Under the pieces are notes generated by a model. It saw nothing but the letters and a program-made list of their open reading frames with translations. It did no database searches and was not told where the DNA came from. Both the position numbers and the translations under genes were made by a program. A stretch of 63,737 nucleotides of DNA, the filler included, from Choristocarpus tenellus KU-1152 (lineage: Eukaryota > Protista > Phaeophyceae): assembly GCA_964200185.2 (NCBI GenBank). It is 11 parts of 11 records of this genome, joined end to end, with 100 filler letters (N's around TTAATTAATTAA, not from the genome) between each part and the next. Parts side by side here need not be neighbours in the genome. Positions count along the whole stretch, not along the records: positions 13,116 to 17,771 come from CAXNAD020013598.1; positions 17,872 to 24,219 come from CAXNAD020008336.1; positions 24,320 to 27,651 come from CAXNAD020020748.1; 8 more parts are not named here. The stretch is one strand, 5' to 3'. How positions within the stretch are numbered: position 1 is the first letter of the stretch; each line of letters opens with the position of its first letter. This document shows positions 13,116-24,482 of this stretch, one piece after another.

Positions 13116-15227
13116 CTTTGCGTTAGCACCCCTTGAGGCTGCATGCATGGGGGTACCGGTAAGTTAGCCCCTCCGTACTATCACTTTCGCTCATGGTTGG
13201 GGCCAATTTTTTTCTAACACTCTCAATGGCAAGAGAGAGGCTTCTTCGGCTGTGGGAATGCCAACAGAATTATTTGAACCTACATGGTATTTGGATAGGG
13301 TTTTGTTTGGGAGCGTATAGTACCCCCAGTGATCCCTTGACCCCGTTTTCCCTGCTTCCTTTGCGATTCAGGTTATTTCCACAAGAGTGGGTGAGCTCTC
13401 ATTCTACTTACCAACAAAATCCACTATCTGGGTTCATACTGAGGGATACAACCATGATCATCTAGAAGAGTCTGAGGCTAGACTGGAGCTGAGCTCTTGT
13501 TCAGACAAAGCCAAGGGGATCGAATGTGCAATCCAATTCAAGTCCTCTGTAATTGGGTGGGAAGAAGCGCTATTCCAGTTTGGTCAGTGGAGCCATGAGC
13601 TCCAGTTTCATGCACAACGGGAGGCTGTTACAACCAGGACACAACTTCAAAGCGGGTTATTTGACACCCAGAAAGTCGTGCAAGAGTTACTGAGCTTGCA
13701 ACCAAAGAGTGAATGTCATACAATAGTTATAAGCGATTACAAAAAGGTCAAGGGTAATAATGGCCTGACATATTTAAAGAGATCGGCTGGCCTTAATACT
13801 GACAAGGTAGCTTCGTTGGCAGGAAGGCCAAGTGATGGAGTGGGTGTGTGGATTCCGGTGGCAAAGGGTGCAATGTTGACTTCCTTGAATCAAGTGGCGA
13901 GGCAAGAGAATGAAGAAATGAGGGGGAAGAGAGAGGAGGGCACTGAGGAATGTGAGGATCAGGAGGTACTCCTGGTGCGTAATGCAACACTTCGTAATGC
14001 ACAAGTGATGTGTACGGCAGTACTCCTTGCAAATTTTGGCGTTGAGAGTTCACGTCGGGTTCCATTCTTGGTTATTGCGCACTCCCTTCTTCTCGGAGGT
14101 CTCCGTCCAACGTTGTCTGCTGCGAATACTGTGACCATCTTCCGTGGTTTCCTTCCAGCAGTGGTCTGGTGGCGGGCTGGAAGAGACTTTTCGCAGGTGA
14201 TGAAAGTATGTGGTTGTCTTGGCGCGATTTTGGTCTATGCTAGGATTATCGTGCCTATTGCAGGGCAAGGTCATCTGTTCCCTTTTTATGGCGGCATTGT
14301 AGTACCTAAAGTATTATAGATGAGATGGGAATAGGGTGCGATGGCTGATGTCTACCTGAGGGAAGAATACCTCCTCCACCAAAAATCTACTGCATTGTTA
14401 TTGCTATGTGTTCTTTGATACTTCAGGTTACGTCAAATACCCCCCCTCCCTGTTTGGCTCTGTGCAAAATCTAGGTGGAAGCAGTGGACATCTTATTCTT
14501 TGGTGTGCCTTTCATTGTCCTGGATATTGTAGACGGGGCTCTAGCACGACATTCCAATACTGGACCAACACGAGTGGGTGGTGCACTTGATGTGGAAAGC
14601 GACTCCTTAGCAGCCCTGTACCTTTCTCTTGCTGCAAGCCAACAGGCAAGCAAACCTGTGGCATCAGGTGGCCATCTTGTTTCCGCTCTGGTTCTACCAT
14701 TTCTCATTTTATTATATTCCTCTACCCTCACCTCTCAATTTCATATCAATTCCAGACTCAGAGTGTCTCTATCACAAGCACCTTCCACCCCTATATTCAT
14801 CGATGTGTAATGAGTGCGACTTAACTTCACAACTGTTGGGTTATTTTTGCGTTGGATTTGAAACTATGTTTATACCATGGGTGAGATTGTCATCAGACCA
14901 TCTCATACCTTGTCTCTTTCTTACCAATACCCTCACTCCTCCCCCCTGGGCCCTGTGTTGCAGGTGTGGCAGGGTGCGGTGGTAGCAGGTGTTCTTCGCT
15001 ACATCTTTGTGCTTGCTACTGGGGCCCGAGAACTACCTCCGTCTCCGATTGGAGGAACAGGCCGGTTCTTAGCAAAGTGGATGGCTCTCTTTACAGTCAT
15101 GGCGCTGTGGGGGGCCATTGCTATGAAGTCTGTGTGGCTGTGCCAGGTGGGAGTGTTTGTCCTCTGTTTATCCTTCTCAGTGGACTTCTTCCAGGTGTTC
15201 TTTGGGAATAACTCCTATGTGAATTGA
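13116..15227 (+). CDS. Fusion protein: C-terminal part of a GT4 (Glycos_transf_1) glycosyltransferase + CDP-alcohol phosphatidyltransferase domain; 5'-truncated at contig edge
   Basis: Exons 13116-13158, 13372-14196 (or 14205), 14475-14645, 14964-15227 (TGA), all phase 0. Splicing gives FALAPLEAACMGVP|VISTRVGEL (GT4 nucleotide-sugar-binding signature). Further on are SAANTVTIFRG and LDIVDGALARHSNTGPTRVGGALDVESD (CDP-alcohol motif D-x2-DG-x2-AR...G-x3-D-x3-D), GVLRYIFV and several hydrophobic helices. Confidence 0.85.
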
Positions 15228-17703
15228 ATGGAATGGAGCGAATGTGGAGTTGTTTGGAGCTCCTTGGGGGAGGTCTTCTAAAGCGATGCTCAGGAAGGTA
15301 TTTCAATGGAGTGAGAGGAAATTCCCTAACCTCGGACTTGCAGTGGATGAATGATTGCAGTGTGCAACCAACTTTGGAGTGTGTGTGTGTCTAGTGGCTA
15401 TCATTTGAAGGAGAAATGTGATGGCTGTCCATTGTACATGTCTTCATGAGTGTGGTCCACATTTAGATTATTCTTGATCTGTATTGTGTCTGTTAGGGGT
15501 GTCTTCAGGGTAGCTTCATCTGCCCTTCTTGAAGGAAGATAGAGCAAAGCTCCTATACAGGAGGAGTGACCTTTATGGTGAGCTGGGTGAGCAGACTATC
15601 CAAATCAACGACCTCTACGATACTTTGACTCAAATAAGAACAATACAGTAAGCCATTACAAAGGAAAAAATACCACATAGACATTGTCTCCATAGGTAGG
15701 CCCCCTTCCCGTTGTAGTTGTGTGATATGAACTAATTATTTGTATTTTTTTTGAAGAATTTGGTATATGCAACGTCAAAATCTATATATTTGATCTTTTT
15801 CCCACTGTGGTTTTACCTCTCTGTTCAGGAAAATGATAATTTGAAGTATTTGCTGTTGATGGAAGAACTCCATCGATAATTGGAATCCATTGAAGCTTTT
15901 TGAAGCGCATTGTGTGGCAAGTGTATTCACAGTGTTTTTAGAGCTTATCTCTAGAGTATACTCTATTCGCAGGTATGTACCTAGAAGACGCAGTGTCTTG
16001 CGCTTGTTTGTGACCCAAAATAGGGCTTTGAAATTACAGTGTGCCGTAGCTAGAACTGATGTGCAGTTCCACATGACTTTATGTGCTTTGGTGTGCTTAG
16101 AGTGGCATTTTCCCCTCAGCGCTTGTCCATTCATAGTTGGAAACTGCATTTTATAATAAATTATTAAAAAAAATTCACAGCACATGAGGCTGTAGAGGTC
16201 ACCATTGGGTGGTACAGCCCTCAGTTCCACACTTTGTCCCTGAAGTTTAGTTGCTCTACTTTGAATGTTGGAGTATGTCGATGGTAGTAAGTTAGCGGTG
16301 AGAGGAAGGAATGATGCAAGATCTTCTAAGTGGGGGAATTGTGACAAAACTGGAAATGCCAGCAATATGTCATCTCCACTCCCCTGCCACTGCTCCAGTT
16401 TGGTTAACCGTGTAATGGTGGTTTTCCATTTTTTGGGGGGGGTCCCCCTTCAGATTAATAAGCTTTCAGATGAGCAAACTTTCGTTTAAAAAAAAAATCT
16501 CAAATAGGATTTAGTGGACACATGGTGAGGTCTAGTTTGACACCCTGTTGGTCATCTTGCCTGCACAAAAAAAAAAAACATGTCTGGAGCAAGTGTCATT
16601 TCTTACGTTACGGACATAAGCTATAAATTTTCCCACCTGAGTGCACTTCTGTTTCCACTCATGAACTATAATTTTTTTTTTTGGTGCCAATCGTTCTCGG
16701 TCACAGCCGGAGTGTACTGCGTCAACATGTACAGACGGAATTGAATACAAAAAGGTTTTTGCCTTGCTTGGGTTTTTATACAAAGTAGACCTGTGATGTG
16801 CCGACTTTCATTTTGTTAGTTTTCTCTTCTTCTGATATGATGTGTTCTTATGTTGAATGCACCCAAGCAGGTATAGCTGAGGGACCTAAACGTAGGTGTA
16901 GAACAAAAACTATTCTTATCTGTACATAGCTCAATGGGATAGACCAACCTCACTTCGATCAAAAAATATATATACATATTCGTTTGTGCTGGTGTGTTGC
17001 TTGAGAAAGTGAGCTTGAATTTTTTGGGGGGGTGGTGGTTATATGTTTTAGCCAATGGCTTGAAGTACTATCAGGTTAGAGGAGATGCCAACGGAGATAA
17101 CAGCACAAAGCCTGCGCCATGATGTGTACATCTGTGTGTGCGAATGTGCTGTTTTACTACATCAATATCAACAACTATTGCCAGGTTCCTACCCCTGTTG
17201 ATTTGTTCAGCATTGGCAATTATGATCATAGTTATGTTGATAATTTATTATTTTAATATGTTGTAATTGCAAAGTTGTGGCCGTCGTTGTGGCAAGGTGA
17301 GGAAAAATATTATTTAAATGACCAGAAATTTGGCCAGAATTGTAGCAAGGAGTGGTGAGTCAGGAATGAGGAAAGATCGTAGCATCTTGTATTCCTACTT
17401 ACTACTTACTACTGCCTGTCACACTTCTGTGACTGATGCTAACACCTCCTTGACAGCAGCCTCTGTATCTGCACCAGCCGCTGTTACAAGGGAAGTCATG
17501 CAAGGTTTCCCCCACTTCATCCAGAACATGCACAAGTAAGTGACTATTGTAGACTATAGATGCACTTCAATCGTCTCCAACTTAGCCTCAGCAGTACTTG
17601 AATCAGAGAAGAGTGTATTGCAAAAAGGATTAATGCACTGTAGATAGTAGAAGAGTTGACAAGAAGAGAACAGGAGGAATAAAATAAAGAGTCAATTTTT
17701 TTA

Positions 17704-17771
17704 GAGTGAAACTATCTTAGAGGGTACGATTTTTTCCCTGTTTGTCCATTTGTGGGGCTTGGCTTCCCATG
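17704..17771. mobile_element. MITE subfamily B, truncated at contig end
   Basis: GAGTGAAACTATCTTAGAGGGTACGA...GTCCATTTGTGGGGCTTGGCTTCCC matches the start of the 51169 copy. Confidence 0.75.
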
Positions 17772-19384
17772 NNNNNNNNNNNNNNNNNNNNNNNNNNNNN
17801 NNNNNNNNNNNNNNNTTAATTAATTAANNNNNNNNNNNNNNNNNNNNNNNNNNNNNNNNNNNNNNNNNNNNCTCTTCCCATCCCATCAACCCCGGAAGGG
17901 AAAACATGGGCTACCCCCCCCCCCCCCCCACCCTCTAGGATACTATGGGCCTCTGTGTTGATAGATTCACCAGTGGAAAGAAGCCTGTCGATCACATTGA
18001 GCCGAGAGTATGGTGAATTAGCCTTATTCAACATACCATTACCTCCTCCCTTTTTTTCCTTGTTTTTTTTTTTACTATTCCTATTGCTCTCAGTATTGTA
18101 TTTCTTTTTACTTCTGTCAGTTTCCGTTGAAGGGAAGATATTCAATTCAGCGTTTAGCACACAGCTGCAGTTAGTTGGCCGTAACATGTGACTACACATG
18201 AAGCCGCTGACAGTATGGGCGTGGTATTACTCATACCGTTCACGGTAAATATCATGATGATGTCATACTCCTATACCAACTGATGGTATCTTAGTCAGTA
18301 GAAATTGGTAAATTTTCGGATCAGTCGGTGAACCTTCCAAGAAAATTACCCTGTAATATTTTAGTGTATGCGTTTAGCTCCACTGTACTGCACTGTCCAT
18401 AATCTTGAAGTATTATAGGGGGGGCAGGCTTACAACTAGATCATCGAAGTATCTACTGTGTGCGGAATACTACAAAACACAGTTTAGTGTCTATCACTAA
18501 CAGACTATGCCAAAGGTATGTGGGTAGTGTAAAGGGCATTCACTCCTCAGGGCAGAAGATTTGTATAATTATGGAGAGAATTAAAAAAAAACATCTCTTC
18601 ATGAACCAAAGGTGTACCTACTTACTAATTGGTTTTCGGCAGGACCCTCAAGGACCCATTTGGTGTCGGTGTGAACAGGCAGCGATTTTCATGCTGTCTG
18701 AGTAAATATGCCAGATGTAAGTGCAATTTCCTTCATCCAAACGAACCTTCCTTTTACATATCTAACCCTAACCCTAACCAAATCCAAAGGAAACTCGCTT
18801 GCAAAAAAAAGAGTCAAACGGCAGGCATCTTACAACACCCTATATCAAGCCTCAAATGAACAACCTGGGCTAAACATTCCCCCTTCTAACATACTTTGGC
18901 ACCATTATTCAACTAATACAGAGTGCATGTATTCGTGAGGCGCCACACCATTTTCTGTGGCAAAAAATACACATATAGTCAGGGCCTCAAGGAGTCGTGT
19001 AGGGCAGGCGCGTCATTTTTCTTATTTTAACATTTCTACTGTTTATCTTTCATTGGACAAAGTACTCCTCCTTGTTGCATGCATTAGATAGAGGGGGGGG
19101 GGACATAGGAAGTCCTGTGTGTCGTGTTTCCAATGTGCGGGTATATTGGAACAATAGTGCTTTGTTGTACCATGAATTCTGGAGTAACTTCGATGAGTGC
19201 TTCAGTTAAACCATTTGGAAATAATTCCAAACAAGAAGCGCTGAACTATCACTGAGCCATTGCTGCTATACATGCACTATCCCTGTCTTCTTTTTGCATT
19301 TGGTACTCCATTGCTCTGTAAACCTCGAAAGAAACTATGATCAATGTTAGTCAAGTGACATACAGCTACCACCTACTCAGTTAC

Positions 19385-21652
19385 CTCCATCAGCTCCAAA
19401 ACACTTAGCTCCAGAGTCTTTCCCACGAGCACCTCCAGTATTGGCTCCACCTTAGTGACCGACCAGGCAAGGGTATATCATGTACAAAGGGTTTGTTGTA
19501 GCTATCACGGAAGAGATATCAATGCAGAGAATCGATTCACAACTTCTACATCATGGCAAGATGCCAAGGATCTCTGTTGTGGTTGAGAAAGCGACTTGAA
19601 TGTACTACTTCCAACAGAAAAACCGATAAGTTAAAGAGGTTGTGTGTATGTGAGGCTGAATGGATGGGTAAATATTTTGACTGCAGTCATCTACTCTGTT
19701 CCTAATTTCAGATCTATGATCGTTTGACATTGAACTGCCACGATATGAGACCAGCGACAGACTGAATACTAGTATGATGATGTCATGGGTCGCTGTGTAT
19801 AGGACTATGTGATGGTAGTGGCTGGCTAGCCATGAGATTCGACCACTATGACCAGGAAATCCTTGGGGTGATCCATAAGGACCACATGTTAAAGCTACTG
19901 AAGACCTCATTATTTTAGAGGGAGTCAGTATATACATAATAAATCGACGATTGCTATAATTCCGTAATCCCTCATGGGCACTAATGGCATGCTGATGTTG
20001 ACGATTACTGGTTGTACAGACTACTATTGATGTCACCTCTCTATGAAATGGCACCAGACCCTCATACTGCGGTGGAAGAAAACATGAGTTCATTGGACCC
20101 CCAACTCTGGCTTGAGGGGCACTACCCATTTCACTTCCCTAGTCCGACTGTTACAGAGCAATCCTGGAAATCTTGACTGTTTCCACTTGTTGTCATGGGA
20201 GAAAATGATAAAAGTAGTGTCGTATGGTAGGTTCTGGAAGATTTTGTGCACCCCCGAAACAATTGAGGGGAAAAAAATAGATAGTTCACTACTGTTTTTT
20301 GTCAGTCTTTCTTCTCAGCATATAATCTGGAGGGTTGAAGTGCCCAGAACGATAGCGATATGATTTGAAGCATTCGCTATGCTACTAGGTAATTTGATAC
20401 TCGGAGTAGTATAACAACCATTCAACCGATCTGTGATCTCTCCATCTCCTTTATTAGGTCCTGCAGATATTCTATTTTAGGGAACTGAAGTAGGTCACGA
20501 AAGATCAAGGCATTGACGACATGTGAAAATAAGTACCTCTAGTCTGGCAGAGTATTCATTTGTTGAGTGTATACGAACACAGAAACGATTTTCATTTTTA
20601 AGTTAAGAATGTAGATTTAGGAAATCAGGTCTGAGTTGACCCCTTACCCTCCACCTATGTGTACACAAATATGAACCAAAATTGTACTAGTCACTATGTT
20701 TGGATTTAAAGGAAGGACTGTCCACTCAACAAGGAGCATGTTCATGCCCTCACCTCCAAGTCGAAATTGAACAACTCCCCGACTTCCACTTGAGTGTCTG
20801 CATCCACCCCGCTTTTTGCTGGTACAAAGAGTGGTGATGGTGGACGGTCGAGGAATGCATCTGTCTGCGTCTCTACCTCCACCTCGATTGGTCTGTCGGT
20901 GAGCTCCTCTAGGAAGTCATCCGTTTGGGCATCCATGTGTGAACGTCCATGCACAGGCGGTGGAGTTTGTGGCATAGGATGCTGGGAAGCCTCCTACTAA
21001 TTCAGCACAAGTATTACAGGAAAAACCGACCAATACACGGATTAGTGTGGTATGTAAGGATAGTATATGGAGTAAATAAATCGTACCCCGATACCCTGGC
21101 ATGATTTCAAAAATATCATTGAGAGGAGGCAAAGGTGCCAACAATGCATACTTGACGACGGCGAAGAGCCTCCTTGCGCAGGCGCCGTTCGTGGTCCTGT
21201 CTTAACCGCTGTGACTCGCGCTGTGCACTCTGGGTTATGACCTGTGCAGCGTAGGTATTACCCCTTACCACCCGCCGGTCATACATTATATTGTTCGAAG
21301 CGAAAGCCTGATCATTTCGACAAGTTTCGGCAAATCGAGTAGCAGAGTGAGTAACCTTGTTGAGGAAGAAGGGTTGTCCGTTTGGGTTTTGTTGATGTTC
21401 ATGGGCCCTCACCGAGGAAGGATAGGTCTGACATGTTAGCGGTAGTATTCTCAGCAAGAATACATGGGATTTTAAGGGTAAGAGGGAAAACTCTACCTCG
21501 TTCTCGTCCACCCATTGAGATGTCTCCGGTCCTTCTACATCTTCTCTATACTTAGAGCGCAAACGTCGTTTCTGCGGCACGGGTTGGGACTCGGTGGCGT
21601 ACACGAGTGCAGTTTGTGAGCCTGAATCGTTCTCCGGCATGGTTGCAGTCAT
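19385..21652 (-). CDS. RSPH3: Radial spoke protein 3 (flagellar); 3'-truncated
   Basis: Exons (minus): 21652-21497 (or 21512), 21307-21152, 20993-20754, 19450-19385. Translation contains the RSP3 hallmarks NIMYDRRVVRGNTYA, TPPPVHGRSHMDAQTDDFLEELTDRP, ETQTDAFLDRPPSPLFVPAKSGVDADTQ and ELFNFDLE|VEPILEVLVGKTLE. Further exons were not found before the contig end. Confidence 0.93.
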
Positions 21653-21877
21653 AGCCCTGACCAATGCAACCTATATTTCCGTTGTGTATGGCCTATTACT
21701 AGATCATCCGCGACCTTCTTATTTCGTGTTCTGTTTGTCTCACTCGCAGTTACTCAAAAAAATATACATTTTTTTCGTATGTAACCGATTATGATTTTTC
21801 GTAGTGTAATAACCAACCCGGTCAGCAAGATACGGTAAACAAGTATCACACTCGGAGTACGATGCAACAGTCACAGC
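21653..21877. promoter_or_regulatory. Putative bidirectional promoter between RSP3 and ARL6-like genes
   Basis: Only 225 bp separate the two divergent ATGs. The gap contains an imperfect direct repeat TTTTTCGTATGTAACC / TTTTTCGTAGTGTAATAACC. Promoter function is inferred from geometry. Confidence 0.55.
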
Positions 21878-23948
21878 ATGGGGTCGAGCATTTCCTTGCT
21901 GCTAGAACGAAAACGGCGTTCTATCCTTGTCATTGGCCTAGACAACGCAGGTATGCATCCTTCAATTTGTTTGGAACAGCTCCTGTGGGAAGTGGGAGCA
22001 CTTTAATGAGAAGCTGTAGAGTTCTTTTTGGTATCCATATGGAGATAACTGAACTTATAGTGCACAAATCTGTGATCCATGTTCTCGGAAATACAACCTA
22101 GTTTCTACGGTAATCATTTTGTTCATTTTCTCCTTCACAGCAGGTAAGACCTCTATTCTTTGTCATCTGGTGCACCTGGCCCAGGCCTACAAGAATCTTC
22201 CGTGCGTTGCGACTGCGCCCACAGTACCACTGCAGTTTGTGGAGTTTACACGGCGAAATATCCACTTTGCAGCATGGGACATGTCCGGGCAAGGTTAGAA
22301 GAAAGCGTTTGAAATGGGGTTTCATATGCCGTAGATGAGGATGATGTCTTGATGATTAGTTGCTTCGTATCCTCTTATAGCGACTCTGCTCCTTCCTGTG
22401 TTTGTTGAGTTGAGCTCAAGTCACGCTTATATTTCCCTCGATCCAGCTCCTCGGGATTTCAGGCGACAATTGAAAAAAAGTAGTGCATCAAGTTAGCTCC
22501 CATAAGAACCCTTTGGCACTTGCCTAGACGGCAAGGGTTTTCAACGGAGCTGACACCTAGGCTCCGACTTGGTCTGATCTGAATTAGTAGCTCTGCACCA
22601 GACAGTATATTGCATAGGAGAGCAGATATAGGAAAAATATATATTCGAAGGAACGCCTATTTTCGTGTGGCATCATATGGTATTAATTGCACAAAGGACT
22701 AGGACAATACAGTGCTATCTATGCTCTTTGACAAAAGCAAAGGTACCTCTAACTTCCATTTCATTGTTGCTCTCTGGCAACCAGGGAGGTATCGAAATCT
22801 CTGGGTCACCCATATGGCGCATGTTCATTGCATCATATTTGTGGTGGACATGGCAGATGTCACCCGGATCGCCATCGCAAGGGACGAGCTATACAAGATT
22901 CTAGGGAGTGAAAGTAAGCAACATGAACCTCTATATGAGGATGCCACACTCGGCCTAAAGTTAATGGAAAGCAAATTGATCCTGTAAGTTTCACACACAC
23001 CGCCTAACCACACAGTGGATGCTACCCAGAAGTCATTAATGCTGCTCTTGTATAGAGGTTTAACCCGCGTAACAATACGAAATACTTCAAGAAGTGTGAG
23101 TGGGAACTGTGTCTGTCTTGTTGATTTCCCACTGATTGACATGTGCATGACCTCTCATCTACGGCTTTTGAAAGCGTTCAAACAGAACAGAACTCCGGTG
23201 CTGATACTAGCAAACAAGTCTGATCTCACTGAGGGTACTACAATGAAGGGTTTCTTGACTGCAGAGAATGTGTCTATCGCACTTGGGGTTGAAAGCATGA
23301 AGGTGTGTGTGTAGTCTTCCTTCTTTTTCCATCCCTGGTGATAAACAATAGAATAGGATTGCCTAACTAGTAAATGTTCTTACAACATGACCTGATGGAA
23401 CGCACTGTAAGGAACTCCAAGTGCTTGAGCAAGCAGTTCTTCTTCCCTACCTCTGCCATTTGATCCATATTGCTCACCAGGCTCAAAGTATCTGGGAGAG
23501 GGTGGCGGCTGTCCATTTGGGGTCATTTTTTTTTTGTCGCGGTTTTTGGACGACTTGCTTGCATACGTAGGATGGATAATGTAAATGCACTTTTCCTGAT
23601 TTTGACCCAAATGAACACCCTGGTGTAGACCGCCTCCCACCCCCCAGATTCTTTGGATCACCACATACCTTCACAATAGGGACAACAAGGGGATGTATAA
23701 AACCTTGTCCAAAATCAGAAGTCTTCCCATATTATCGTGAGTTAGTCCTGCTTGAATAGGCCTCTTCCAAATCTATCAGATATCACTAGTAGTGCACATG
23801 TAAAGTCAAAACTCAGGAGTGATTGGTTGTTAATTTGTCCACATATTATCTACAGGTACACCAACCAACCCAGGTATTTGCAACAAGTGTCAAGAGTGGA
23901 GTGGGCATCGAAGATGCCATGTTGTGGTTAATAAGACAATTGCAGTAA
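21878..23948 (+). CDS. ARL6: ADP-ribosylation factor-like GTPase, ARL6/BBS3-like, 190 aa, 5 exons
   Basis: Exons 21878-21950, 22144-22293, 22785-22913, 23175-23302, 23856-23948 (573 nt, phase-consistent). MGSSIS myristoylation-type N-terminus, G1 GLDNAGKT, G3 WDMSGQGRYRNLW (ARL6-type), IIFVVD, G4 ANKSD and a C-terminal GIEDAMLWL helix. Confidence 0.85.
23480..23659. mobile_element. MITE subfamily A (180 bp), complete, in ARL6 intron 4
   Basis: Termini GGCTCAAAGTATCTGGG...CCCAGATTCTTTGGATC, flanked by the direct repeat ACCA (23476-23479 / 23660-23663). Homologous copies at 24046, 31661 and 50012. Confidence 0.85.
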
Positions 23949-24045
23949 CATGCGCAACATTTCTCATTGTTAAAACGAGAACAACAACAACAGCAGCAAA
24001 AATTTCCAGGATGGGATGGCCTAAGACCAAAACACTGGATGATTG

Positions 24046-24219
24046 GGCTCAAAGTATATCGGGGGGGGGTGGCGGTTGTCCATTTGGGGTCAATTTTTTC
24101 ATGTCGCGATTTTTTGTGTAATTAGTTGCATATTTCGGATGGATAATGTAAGTGCATTTTTCCTGGTCATCGCCCAAAATGGACACCCTGGTGTAGACCC
24201 CCCCCCCCCCCCCCCAAAT
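24046..24219. mobile_element. MITE subfamily A copy, truncated at contig end
   Basis: Same internal sequence (GTCCATTTGGGGTCA...GGATGGATAATGTAAGTGCA...GGACACCCTGGTGTAGACCCC). Confidence 0.8.
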
Positions 24220-24319
24220 NNNNNNNNNNNNNNNNNNNNNNNNNNNNNNNNNNNNNNNNNNNNTTAATTAATTAANNNNNNNNNNNNNNNNNNNNNNNNN
24301 NNNNNNNNNNNNNNNNNNN

Positions 24320-24482
24320 AGATGTCAACATCCTTGTTCCAGACACTCCTTTTCATAACATATACATTTTACCTACTCAAAAATGTTTTGGAGTAGATAA
24401 AATGCCAATAAAAACCCGTGGGAAGCCAAGCCCCAAATGGACAAACAGGGTCAAACTCTTACCCTCTAAGATACTTTCATTC
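24320..24482. mobile_element. MITE subfamily B, partial copy at contig start
   Basis: TTTTACCTACTC...GGAAGCCAAGCCCCAAATGGACAAACAGGG...ACCCTCTAAGATACTTTC matches the 28635-28892 copy. Confidence 0.8.

Noticed and set aside
7269-15227. Alginate/cell-wall gene cluster (epimerase next to glycosyltransferase)
   Set aside because: The two genes are separated by an artificial spacer at 13016-13115; physical linkage is unsupported.
17400-17640. Protein-like minus-strand frame (LVHVLDEVGKPCMTSLV...)
   Set aside because: Upstream frames from the nearest acceptor contain stops; it cannot be tied to a gene.
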